The translations under genes were made by a program, and so were the position numbers. Below are positions 1 to 9,416 of a DNA stretch of 64,000 nt, piece by piece (within the stretch, counting starts at the first letter, position 1; every line of letters starts with the position of its first letter). The notes under the pieces were generated by a model. The model was not told the DNA's origin and did not search any database. It worked only from the letters and a program-made list of their open reading frames with translations. Source of the DNA: Diplonema japonicum (lineage: Eukaryota; Protista; Euglenozoa: Diplonemea); the NCBI GenBank assembly GCA_964019335.1, contig OZ025648.1, forward strand, positions 744,001 to 808,000, read 5' to 3'.

Positions 1-661
1 TGTCCCAGTCTCTTAGGTGAACGGGAGGGAAAAAAAAAAAAAAAAAAGGTAGTTTCCACTACCTCTTTGGATCATCATAGACGTCAACATACTGTGCTTT
101 TTTTTTCGAATCGCAAGCTGCTTCCTCGATGGCGGCACTTGATGGGGCCCCGAAGCCTTGACGCATGCTGCCGTCGGAAGGGACATCGTTGGCTTGTACC
201 ACACACACGCAGTGGCAAGAAACGTTATGCGCTCTTTTTCCATCTCCCTCATTACTTGCAAGCCCCGTTTTTAGAGGACACACCTCGGAGCCAAAACAGC
301 TCCGTTACGCAAACAAAGAATAGTCCGTCTTGTTTTTCTTTTTCTTTTTTTTTTTTTCTTCTTTCCGTATTAACAACAGTATATTGCCGTGTACTAAAAA
401 GAAAGAAAGGGGGAGAAAAAAAAAAGAAGGGGTATTATGTTTTTTGATCGATTTTTTCTTAATACACGGAACAAGAAAAAAAGGATCCCCCCCCCCCCCC
501 CCCTGCGCTTTCTCTCTCGCTTTATTATTTCCGGTCTGTTCTTTGCTTTTCTTTCTCTCTTTCTTCATGTTTGAATTTTCCTTCCTCCCACAAAAGGAGA
601 AAAAGAAAAAAAAGAAGGGGGGAAAAAAAAACAGGAATAAAGGGGAAAAAAAAAGAAAAAA

Positions 662-1205
662 ATGGCCGACGAATCAAAATGGGTTGAAATTTGGGACTTA
701 TTTGACTCGAAAAAAGCTGGTGCAATTTCAAAATCCGACTTTTTGGCGTGTGTGAGATCTTTGGGAAGGAAGTACACCGAAAAGGTATCACATTTTTTTT
801 TTTATTCTCCATTTTTTTTCTTCCTTCATATAGGACATGAATGAAAAAACCGCCGGTCTCCCCGATCCAGTCCCTAAAGATCAGTTTTTAGCTTTTATGA
901 AGGAACCATACACGGGGCCCACTGCTGAAGACTTGAAAACGGCTCTTACTGCCTTCGATGGGAAAGACAGTGGATCGCTGCCAATCAGCCAAATTAACAT
1001 GATGCTGAAGGGGATGGGCGATAAGCTGACAGACGAAGAGGCGCAAATCATTCTGGACGGACTCCCACAGGAGGGTGGGCAGGTCAATATCGAAAAAATG
1101 ATAGAATTCCTCAACCCCCCCCTCCCTTCGACCACACCAAACATGGACGAACTCAGAAAAGAAATTGAGTTAGAAGAGGCGGCTGCGATCGCTGCTGGAA
1201 ACTAG
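662..1205 (+). CDS. Calmodulin/myosin-light-chain-like EF-hand protein (~164 aa, 2 exons: 662-784, 834-1205)
   Basis: WDLFDSKKAGAISKSDF, VRSLG, AFDGKDSGSL and MGDKLTDEE match the calmodulin/MLC pattern. Removing GTAT..TAG intron 785-833 joins ORFs 662 and 837 in frame. Confidence 0.88.
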
Positions 1206-1327
1206 ATAGATGTCCCCCCCCCCCCCCCTTGTTGTCTTTCCTTAGTGTTTGTTTGTTTGTGTGTTCCATTCTTTTTCTGTCTTTGCTGCCACCTCCCCAC
1301 ACACACACAACAGTCGACACGTTCAAC

Positions 1328-4300
1328 ATGATGCTTGTATTGGCGGTTGCCGCTCTCAGCGGCACCTGCAAGCTCTCTGCTTGGGAACAAGCAATTCTCG
1401 ATAAACACAATGAATGGAGGGGCAACACACAGCCCGCTGCCAAAGACATGTTCAAAGTGCGTTGGGACACAACCATTGCCACCAACATGGCCAACCACAT
1501 CAACAGATGCGACACAAACTGGCCTCACTCCGACCAGGACACTTACAGGAAGAACGTTGGTGGGTACGAGTTCCTTGGTGAGAATCTTGCATACTGTGCA
1601 GGCACGGCTTGCGAGGCGTTGATGAGTGATGGCATTCCCGGGTACCTTGGGCAGAGTTGGTGGGATGAGAAGGATGACTACAACTGGTACACTGACAAAT
1701 CCAATGGTGGTGTGACTTCGCATTACACACAAATGTCTTCTTCCAACATCTACGCCATTGGGTGTGCTGCTGTGAAGTGTCCATCTCCCGGTCCTTATGG
1801 TTGGAGTGGTGAATGGTGGGAGTTTGGGTGCCAGTATGGTGAAAGGGGACAAGGTTACTGGATTGGCACAAAGCCATTTGAGCAAGGGTCTGGTGGTCTC
1901 ATTGAACCTGCCGATTCTGTCTACACCAAGAACCCTGATCTGTGCAAGGATGCAGGCAGCACACCACCAACACCTCCCACACCCCCGACACCTCCCACTC
2001 CACCAACACCTCCTACACCGCCCGCTGGTGGATCTAGCTGCCCGCTCTCTGCTTGGGAACAGGCAATTCTTGACAAGCACAACGAGTGGAGGAGTGACAC
2101 ACAGCCCCCTGCAAAGGACATGTTCAAAGTGCGTTGGGACACAACCATTGCCACCAACATGGCCAACCACATCAACAGATGCGACACAAACTGGCCTCAC
2201 TCCGACCAGGACACTTACAGGAAGAACGTTGGTGGGTACGAGTTCCTTGGTGAGAATCTTGCATACTGTGCAGGCACGGCTTGCGAGGCGTTGATGAGTG
2301 ATGGCATTCCCGGGTACCTTGGGCAGAGTTGGTGGGATGAGAAGGATGACTACAACTGGGCCACTGATAAATCCAATGGTGGTGTGACTTCGCATTACAC
2401 ACAGATGTCTTCTTCCAACATCTACGCCATTGGGTGTGCTGCTGTGAAGTGTCCATCTCCCGGTCCTTATGGTTGGAGTGGTGAATGGTGGGAGTTTGGG
2501 TGCCAGTATGGTGAGAGGGGACAAGGTTACTGGATTGGCACAAAGCCATTTGAGCAAGGGTCTGGTGGTCTCATTGAACCTGCTGATTCTGTCTACACCA
2601 AGAACCCTGCTCTGTGCAAAGATGCAGGCAGCACGCCCCCGACTCCTCCCACACCACCAACACCTCCCACACCCCCGACTCCTCCCTCTCCACCAACACC
2701 TCCTACACCGCCCGCTGGTGGATCTAGCTGCCCGCTCTCTGCTTGGGAACAGGCAATTCTCGACAAGCACAACGAGTGGAGGGGTGACACACAGCCCCCT
2801 GCAAAGGACATGTTCAAAGTGCGTTGGGACACAACCATTGCCACCAACATGGCCAACCACATCAACAGATGCGACACAAACTGGCCTCACTCCGACCAGG
2901 ACACTTACAGGAAGAACGTTGGTGGGTACGAGTTCCTTGGTGAGAATCTTGCATACTGTGCAGGCACGGCTTGCGAGGCGTTGATGAGTGATGGCATTCC
3001 CGGGTACCTTGGGCAGAGTTGGTGGGATGAGAAGGATGACTACAACTGGGCCACTGATAAATCCAATGGTGGTGTGACTTCGCATTACACACAGATGTCT
3101 TCTTCCAACATCTACGCCATTGGGTGTGCTGCTGTGAAGTGTCCATCTCCCGGTCCTTATGGTTGGAGTGGTGAATGGTGGGAGTTTGGGTGCCAGTATG
3201 GTGAGAGGGGACAAGGTTACTGGATTGGCACAAAGCCATTTGAGCAAGGGTCTGGTGGTCTCATTGAACCTGCTGATTCTGTCTACACCAAGAACCCTGC
3301 TCTGTGCAAAGATGCAGGCAGCACGCCCCCGACTCCTCCCACACCACCAACTCCACCCACCCCCCCAACACCCCCGACACCTCCCACTCCACCAACACCT
3401 CCTACTCCACCAACACCTCCTACACCGCCCGCTGGTGGATCTAGCTGCCCGCTCTCTGCTTGGGAACAGGCAATTCTCGACAAGCACAACGAGTGGAGGA
3501 GTGACACACAGCCCCCTGCAAAGGACATGTTCAAAGTGCGTTGGGACACAACCATTGCCACCAACATGGCCAACCACATCAACAGATGCGACACAAACTG
3601 GCCTCACTCCGACCAGGACACTTACAGGAAGAACGTTGGTGGGTACGAGTTCCTTGGTGAGAATCTTGCATACTGTGCAGGCACGGCTTGCGAGGCGTTG
3701 ATGAGTGATGGCATTCCCGGGTACCTTGGGCAGAGTTGGTGGGATGAGAAGGATGACTACAACTGGGCCACTGATAAATCCAATGGTGGTGTGACTTCGC
3801 ATTACACACAAATGTCTTCTTCCAACATCTACGCCATTGGGTGTGCTGCCGTGAAGTGTCCATCTCCCGGTCCTTATGGTTGGAGTGGTGAATGGTGGGA
3901 GTTTGGGTGCCAGTATGGTGAGAGGGGACAAGGTTACTGGATTGGCACAAAGCCATTTGAGCAAGGGTCTGGTGGTCTCATTGAACCTGCTGATTCTGTC
4001 TACACCAAGAACCCTGCTCTGTGCAAAGATGCAGGCAGCACGCCCCCGACTCCTCCCACACCACCAACACCTCCCACACCCCCGACACCTCCCACTCCAC
4101 CAACACCACCAACACCTCCTACTCCACCAACACCTCCTACTCCACCAACTCCTCCCACGCCACCGACACCGCCTACCCCTCCTACTCCTGCAACACCAAA
4201 ACCAACGACGACCTCTGACGTGGATGAGTGTACAGCTGATGCTTGCGGTGCCGACCAAACGTGCACGGACCCTGACAAGAGAGTGACAGGCGACTACATC

Positions 4301-5275
4301 TGCCAATGCAAAAAGGCACCCAAGATCACTACCACAGGCGCCAAGGCCAGCTGCGTGATCGATGAATGCGCCGCCGCACCCTGTGGTTCCGAGCAGGACT
4401 GCAACGACCCCAACACAGCTGCTGACTCGCTTCTCGACTACATGTGTTCGTGCCCCAACGACGCCGCCACGAAGAACAAGGGCAGCCAGGTGCCGAAGTG
4501 CGTGGTCGACGAGTGCGACAAGACGCCATGCGGGACCCAAGCCTGCAAGGACAAGGACACGAAACCGAGTTCCATGAACGACTTCACGTGCACGTGCGCC
4601 AATGGGAAGGCGAACCACGGCGGGGTTGCGGTGTGCGAGACGGGCACTGTCGATGAGTGCACCCTGAGCAACCCGTGCCCTACAGGACAGACGTGTGTGG
4701 ACCCCGCACAAACCGCACTCAGCATGAAGGACTACGTGTGCAGCTGCAAGGTGGGCGCTGGCAGTGCGGTAGGCATGTCTGCGAAGTGCAGCATCGACGA
4801 GTGCGACGCCTCACCATGCGGGCCCGGCCAGACATGCAAGGATGCCAACATGGACATGGCTGGCGACTATGCTTGTTTCTGCGCAGGTGGCGGGGAAGGG
4901 TCCACAGGCAAGCCGCAGACCTGTGGCTATGACGAATGCAAAATGAAGGCCGACCCCTGCGAAGGGCAGGAGTGCAACGACCCCGTGCAAGAGCTCGAGT
5001 CGCTGTCAGATTTTAAGTGCAAGTGTGGTGATGTAGAAACACAGGGCGGCCCTGCGAAGTGCAAGGATGACTCCAGCACACCCTGGTGGCCCATCTTGCT
5101 GGGTATCCTCCTCCCGCTGTTGCTTTCTGCAGGCCTCGCAGCCGCCTTTATAATGAAGAAGAAGAAGCGTGTCTCGATGAATAACTTTATGGAAGAGGCG
5201 GTTAACACTGATTCGATGACCCCGTCCCGTGGCAGTGGCAGTGGGAACCAGGCGTATGAAACGACTACCATTTGA
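1328..5275 (+). CDS. Type I membrane protein: signal peptide, 4 CAP (SCP/PR-1) domains with TPP linkers, 6 EGF-like repeats, TM helix, short tail
   Basis: Hydrophobic N-terminus MMLVLAVAALS. CAP motifs HNEWR, GENLA, HYTQM, IGCA occur four times. Six DEC..PC..Q.C.DP..D[YF].C.C repeats. TM WWPILLGILLPLLLSAGLAAAFI followed by KKKKR. Confidence 0.92.
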   Translation: MMLVLAVAALSGTCKLSAWEQAILDKHNEWRGNTQPAAKDMFKVRWDTTIATNMANHINRCDTNWPHSDQDTYRKNVGGYEFLGENLAYCAGTACEALMSDGIPGYLGQSWWDEKDDYNWYTDKSNGGVTSHYTQMSSSNIYAIGCAAVKCPSPGPYGWSGEWWEFGCQYGERGQGYWIGTKPFEQGSGGLIEPADSVYTKNPDLCKDAGSTPPTPPTPPTPPTPPTPPTPPAGGSSCPLSAWEQAILDKHNEWRSDTQPPAKDMFKVRWDTTIATNMANHINRCDTNWPHSDQDTYRKNVGGYEFLGENLAYCAGTACEALMSDGIPGYLGQSWWDEKDDYNWATDKSNGGVTSHYTQMSSSNIYAIGCAAVKCPSPGPYGWSGEWWEFGCQYGERGQGYWIGTKPFEQGSGGLIEPADSVYTKNPALCKDAGSTPPTPPTPPTPPTPPTPPSPPTPPTPPAGGSSCPLSAWEQAILDKHNEWRGDTQPPAKDMFKVRWDTTIATNMANHINRCDTNWPHSDQDTYRKNVGGYEFLGENLAYCAGTACEALMSDGIPGYLGQSWWDEKDDYNWATDKSNGGVTSHYTQMSSSNIYAIGCAAVKCPSPGPYGWSGEWWEFGCQYGERGQGYWIGTKPFEQGSGGLIEPADSVYTKNPALCKDAGSTPPTPPTPPTPPTPPTPPTPPTPPTPPTPPTPPTPPAGGSSCPLSAWEQAILDKHNEWRSDTQPPAKDMFKVRWDTTIATNMANHINRCDTNWPHSDQDTYRKNVGGYEFLGENLAYCAGTACEALMSDGIPGYLGQSWWDEKDDYNWATDKSNGGVTSHYTQMSSSNIYAIGCAAVKCPSPGPYGWSGEWWEFGCQYGERGQGYWIGTKPFEQGSGGLIEPADSVYTKNPALCKDAGSTPPTPPTPPTPPTPPTPPTPPTPPTPPTPPTPPTPPTPPTPPTPPTPPTPATPKPTTTSDVDECTADACGADQTCTDPDKRVTGDYICQCKKAPKITTTGAKASCVIDECAAAPCGSEQDCNDPNTAADSLLDYMCSCPNDAATKNKGSQVPKCVVDECDKTPCGTQACKDKDTKPSSMNDFTCTCANGKANHGGVAVCETGTVDECTLSNPCPTGQTCVDPAQTALSMKDYVCSCKVGAGSAVGMSAKCSIDECDASPCGPGQTCKDANMDMAGDYACFCAGGGEGSTGKPQTCGYDECKMKADPCEGQECNDPVQELESLSDFKCKCGDVETQGGPAKCKDDSSTPWWPILLGILLPLLLSAGLAAAFIMKKKKRVSMNNFMEEAVNTDSMTPSRGSGSGNQAYETTTI
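1373..4192 (+). repeat. Four near-identical intragenic CAP+linker repeats (periods 672, 690, 717 bp)
   Basis: Units start at ~1373, 2045, 2735 and 3452. They differ by a few substitutions and by the number of 9-bp Thr-Pro-Pro units. Confidence 0.95.
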
Positions 5276-5461
5276 ATTTCCCATATTTCTTCCTTTCCTT
5301 TCCCCCTTCCCCTCTCTCTCTAATTCTAGGCAATCAGGAGCCTGCTCTTACAGGGAAGCTGGAAAAAAAAAAAAGAAACGAAAAAAAAAAAGATAAAAAA
5401 AAATTTTTTTTTTACCGCCACCCCTCTCCCCATCCTCTATTTCCAAAGTAAACCTTCGCTT

Positions 5462-5526
<65 letters not shown>

Positions 5527-5768
5527 CTTTCAATTGGATTCTCCTTTTTTTTTTGCAGATGCTTGTCTTAAGAAGATTGAGCCGTGCTTTTTTTTTTTTT
5601 TTTTTTTTTCTTTTTTTTTGGAGAAGAGAATTTGAAAAAAGAAGAAAAAAAAGAGGAAAGAAATGGGAAAATAAACGAGTTAGGTGGAAATGAGGCATCT
5701 CTCGGGTTTTGGTATCTGAGGGAAAAAAAAAAAACAGAAAACAGAAAAAAGAAGAGAGAAAAGGGCAA

Positions 5769-5799
<31 letters not shown>

Positions 5800-7081
5800 G
5801 GTTTCTCTCCCCCTCCCTTTCTTTTTCTGTCGTAGGCGTAATGTATCTCCCTTCCTGAGCATATGAATTCCTGATCCATCCCTTCCCCTTTCCCTTCCCC
5901 CGATCCCTGAATTTTATCGAAAACAGAAATGTGGACTCATTGTCTAATATACAGGTCCCCTTAATCCAGCAGTAGTTTAAGCAGATTAACAGTTTCTAAT
6001 ATATCCCTGACCCATTCTCCAAGTCCCCGTTCAAAAAAGTATTTATTTGTACTTTTTCAATATCTTTTCTGAAGAGGATAGCAATTTAAAAAAAAAAAGA
6101 ATTTCTGTTTTTTTTTTTTTTTTCAATTCATGGCAAGAAGACATACAGATTTCAAAGATTACAAAACTCTCGCGTTCTTACACAACTAAAACAAGAACAC
6201 CCCTCCCCCCCCCCCCCCCCCACCTTAAAGAGAAGGAAACAATAGGAAATGAGAGTTTTTTTTTTTCATTGTTTGTTTGATTTTTTTTTTTTAGTTATTT
6301 ATTTGTTTCAAAGTTAAAATTGTTGTCGCAAAAAAAAAAAAAAAAATGTTGTTATTTATATTTTTACTTTCTACCTTTACCCCCCTTTTTTTTTCGTCCT
6401 TCTCTGCATTAAATTTCGCGAGAGGTGGTGAAAGGTGGTGGATGGAATACAAAAAAGAAGAAAAAAAAACATTTTGAAGTGCCAAGGTGCTTTATTCTAA
6501 GCGCAACAAATACTTAGCACTACTTTTTTTTTCCTTCTTTTTTTGCTCAAGAAAAAAAATATCACCACTTCTCTTTTTAAATGCCTCTTTTTTTTTTCGA
6601 CCAGCCGCATCATGCATCCACTTCCCCCCCCCCCTTTTTTTTCCGAAACAAACCCGATTGATCTGCAAGTTTAAAAATGTGTGGTTTTTTTTTTTCTTTT
6701 CTTAAAATGTGGAATTTCGTATTATCTTTGTTTCATGGTGTGATTTACAGGACAGTCAGTGTGCGTTTTTTTTTTCTTTTTTTTTTCTTTAATAGAAGAG
6801 GGTGCTTCTTTGAACCAGTGTCAATAATTAAAGGTGCGGTTTCTCATACTTTTTATTTTCTTTTTTTTATTTTCTTCTCCCCCCCCCCTTTTTTTCCCCA
6901 GCTGCTAACAGTGCTTGAAATGCAATTCTTGCATTTAAAAAAGGGCTTTCCCCCCCTCCTTTTTAGGCGTCCTGCCACATACCGCAGGTACCCTTAAATG
7001 TCTCTTTTTTCTTTTTTTTTTTTTTTTTTTTTTTTTCCTACTCCTCTCTTTGCCTTTTTATTTTCTTTACCAACAATTCTA

Positions 7082-7260
7082 AAGCTGCAGTTTCTGTTAT
7101 TGGTTGCTCTCACAAGCCGCTCAAGGCGGTGAGTGCGAGAGACTACTGCTCAGCTGCACAGCAGACAGTAGCGCTGTTACAAGGATAGCACTTCTAGCGG
7201 CACGCTGCAAGGAGTGGCTCATCAAAACAGCCGAGTAGACCGGCAGCTTCAGGGCTGCAG
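7082..7260 (+). ncRNA. Candidate structured RNA element (multi-branch, 5-6 hairpins), family unknown
   Basis: Compositionally balanced island among homopolymers, with abutting stems. Mismatches read as G-U pairs on the + strand. A closing stem pairs 7101-7109 with 7233-7242. Confidence 0.45.
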
Positions 7261-7791
7261 GTTCTCTTCAAAGGCATCCTTTTTTTTTTCTTTCCCTTTC
7301 TTCTTCCTGCCCACCCTTTTTTTTTTCTCCCCGCCCCCCTCCCTCTTTTTTTTCTCTCTTCGTTCCTTTTATTTCAATTTTTGTGAGTTCTCCAAGCTGT
7401 CCTGCCCTGAGCCTGTGGTATATCCTTTGCCTTACCGTGGGCCGGAATTAAAAAAAAAAAAAGAGAAAAAAAAAAGAAGAAAAACAACAAATAATAAAAA
7501 AAAAAATGATAAATTTCCGTGCGGGACGGGTTCTCACCGAGAAAAAAGGAAGAAGAACAAAAAAAGAAGAGGGAAGAAAAAAAGAAGAAAAAAAAGGAAA
7601 AAAAAACCCGAGGGAGCAAACTGTTCTATTTAAAAAGAGAAGGGGGGGAAAAAAAAGTCAAAAAAAAATCCATTGTATTTTTTTTTTTCGTTTGCTAACT
7701 CCCACAAAAAAAATTTTCTTTTCTTTTTTTTTTCTTTCCCTACCCAAAAAAAAAAAAAAAAAAGGAGGGAAAACACCCACAAAAAAAAAAA

Positions 7792-8595
7792 ATGTCGAAC
7801 CAACCAGTTAGGAGCACCACAGCAAGCGGCAGCGGCAGTGCCGTGTACGAAAGCGAAAGGGCGGTGGAAGAGTACCTCCAGTTTCACTACGGTGGTGAAA
7901 AATGCATGCCTTACTCTTTCGGGCCCGCGGGAGCGTTGGATTTCGCGCAGAGATGCGGGAAAATCTGCAACAAGTTCGCCCGTGACGACCGCAAAAGAGT
8001 GGCCTACGACATCGGGTGTGCTGTAGGAGCAACCTCCTTCGAGCTCAGCAAAGAGTTCGAGACCGTTATTGGGGTAGATTTCAGCCATGCGTTCATCGCA
8101 GCTGCAAACACGATGAAGGAAAAGAAGGAAATGCCGTACAAATCCACCGAAATCGCAGACATCAGAACCCCGCACACTGCCGTTCTACCCCCCGACACAA
8201 AGCCGGAAAAGGCTTCTTTTCGTCAAGGGGACGCATGTGATCTAGGTGACATTGGTGAAATAGATTGCATGGTTGCTGCCAATCTTCTCTGCAGGCTCCC
8301 CAAACCCATTGCATTCCTCCATAAAGCTATTGAATGCATCGCCCCTGGAGGCATTCTGGTACTTGTTTCACCGTTTTCCTGGTTATCTGAGTACACGGCA
8401 AAGGAAAACTGGATCGGGGGCTACGTGGATGAAAACGGCAATGCTGTTGAGTCTGCTGCGGAATGCTCCAAAATCCTCTCTCCCCACTTCGAACTTGTAC
8501 ACAGGCAGGACGAGCCGTTCCTCATTAGAGAGCACGCGAGAAAATTCCAATATGGGGTGTCTGACTGCACTGTGTGGAGGAAGAAGGAAGCGTGA
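7792..8595 (+). CDS. SAM-dependent methyltransferase, stand-alone OvoA C-terminal-like (putative mercaptohistidine N-methyltransferase)
   Basis: YES..EYLQFHYG, DIGCAVG..SFEL, GVDFS, FRQGDAC, ANLLCRL, SPFSW..YT..NWIGG and PFLIREHARKFQ match the ovothiol methyltransferase domain. Confidence 0.82.
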   Translation: MSNQPVRSTTASGSGSAVYESERAVEEYLQFHYGGEKCMPYSFGPAGALDFAQRCGKICNKFARDDRKRVAYDIGCAVGATSFELSKEFETVIGVDFSHAFIAAANTMKEKKEMPYKSTEIADIRTPHTAVLPPDTKPEKASFRQGDACDLGDIGEIDCMVAANLLCRLPKPIAFLHKAIECIAPGGILVLVSPFSWLSEYTAKENWIGGYVDENGNAVESAAECSKILSPHFELVHRQDEPFLIREHARKFQYGVSDCTVWRKKEA

Positions 8596-8992
8596 TTTTT
8601 TTTTTTTTTTTTTTTTGTGTATACCCCCTCGGTTTTTTTTTTTTTTTCCTCGAAACTCATAAGGGCTATCCTCACCCCCATATGCCTTTTCATATTTCGG
8701 AAGAATAAGGAGGGGAAAGAGTGTTTTTTTTTTTGTTTTTTGTATGGATGTTGGTGATAGGGTGGAAAGAAAGAGGTCGTGGGGGGGTCTGGATAAAAAA
8801 AAATTTTTTTTTTGCTAGCTTTTTTTTTTTTTTTTTTTCCCCACCGACTTCTCAGATATTTAAAAAAAAAAATTCACCCTCACCCACACGTATTACTCTC
8901 GTTTTTCTTTTCTTTTTTCTTTTTTCTTTTTTTTTTTTGACATTTCTCCCTCTTTCGTTGGGATACCTCCCTCATGGTCTTTTTTTTAGTCT

Positions 8993-9034
<42 letters not shown>

Positions 9035-9416
9035 TCCGAAGTATTTTTCAAAAATAAAAATAAGAAGAGAACACACGGGTAAACGTAAAACAAAAAAAAG
9101 GGGTGGGTTGGACAAAAAGGAAAGGAAAAAAAAAGAACAAAAAAAAAAAGAGCGGGTACAAAACAAAACAAAAAAAGAAATAGAACAAAAAAATTAAAAT
9201 AAATGAGCCGAGTTTTTATTTTATTTCATTTGTTCGTTTTCTATTTCAAAGAAGAGAACCAACTGGCTGTACTCTTTCCTTCCCCCTCTTTTTTTTTTTT
9301 TTCTCTTTTTTCTTTCCCAAGTCTCTGAAAGCCCCCTTTTTTTTTCCTTTATTCAGTACACACTGTACCCCGCAAGGCAAAAATCATAATTCACCAGGGG
9401 AAAAAAAGAAAAAAAA

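Noticed and set aside
50-330. Coding-like patch at the window start
   Set aside because: No frame gives a recognisable protein; it may be a decayed fragment, but this cannot be supported.
1202-4711. 1169-aa minus-strand ORF
   Set aside because: Antisense shadow of the repetitive CAP gene, with no recognisable domain.
5348-7000. Many poly-Phe/poly-Lys ORFs here and in other spacers
   Set aside because: Translations of T/A homopolymer runs.
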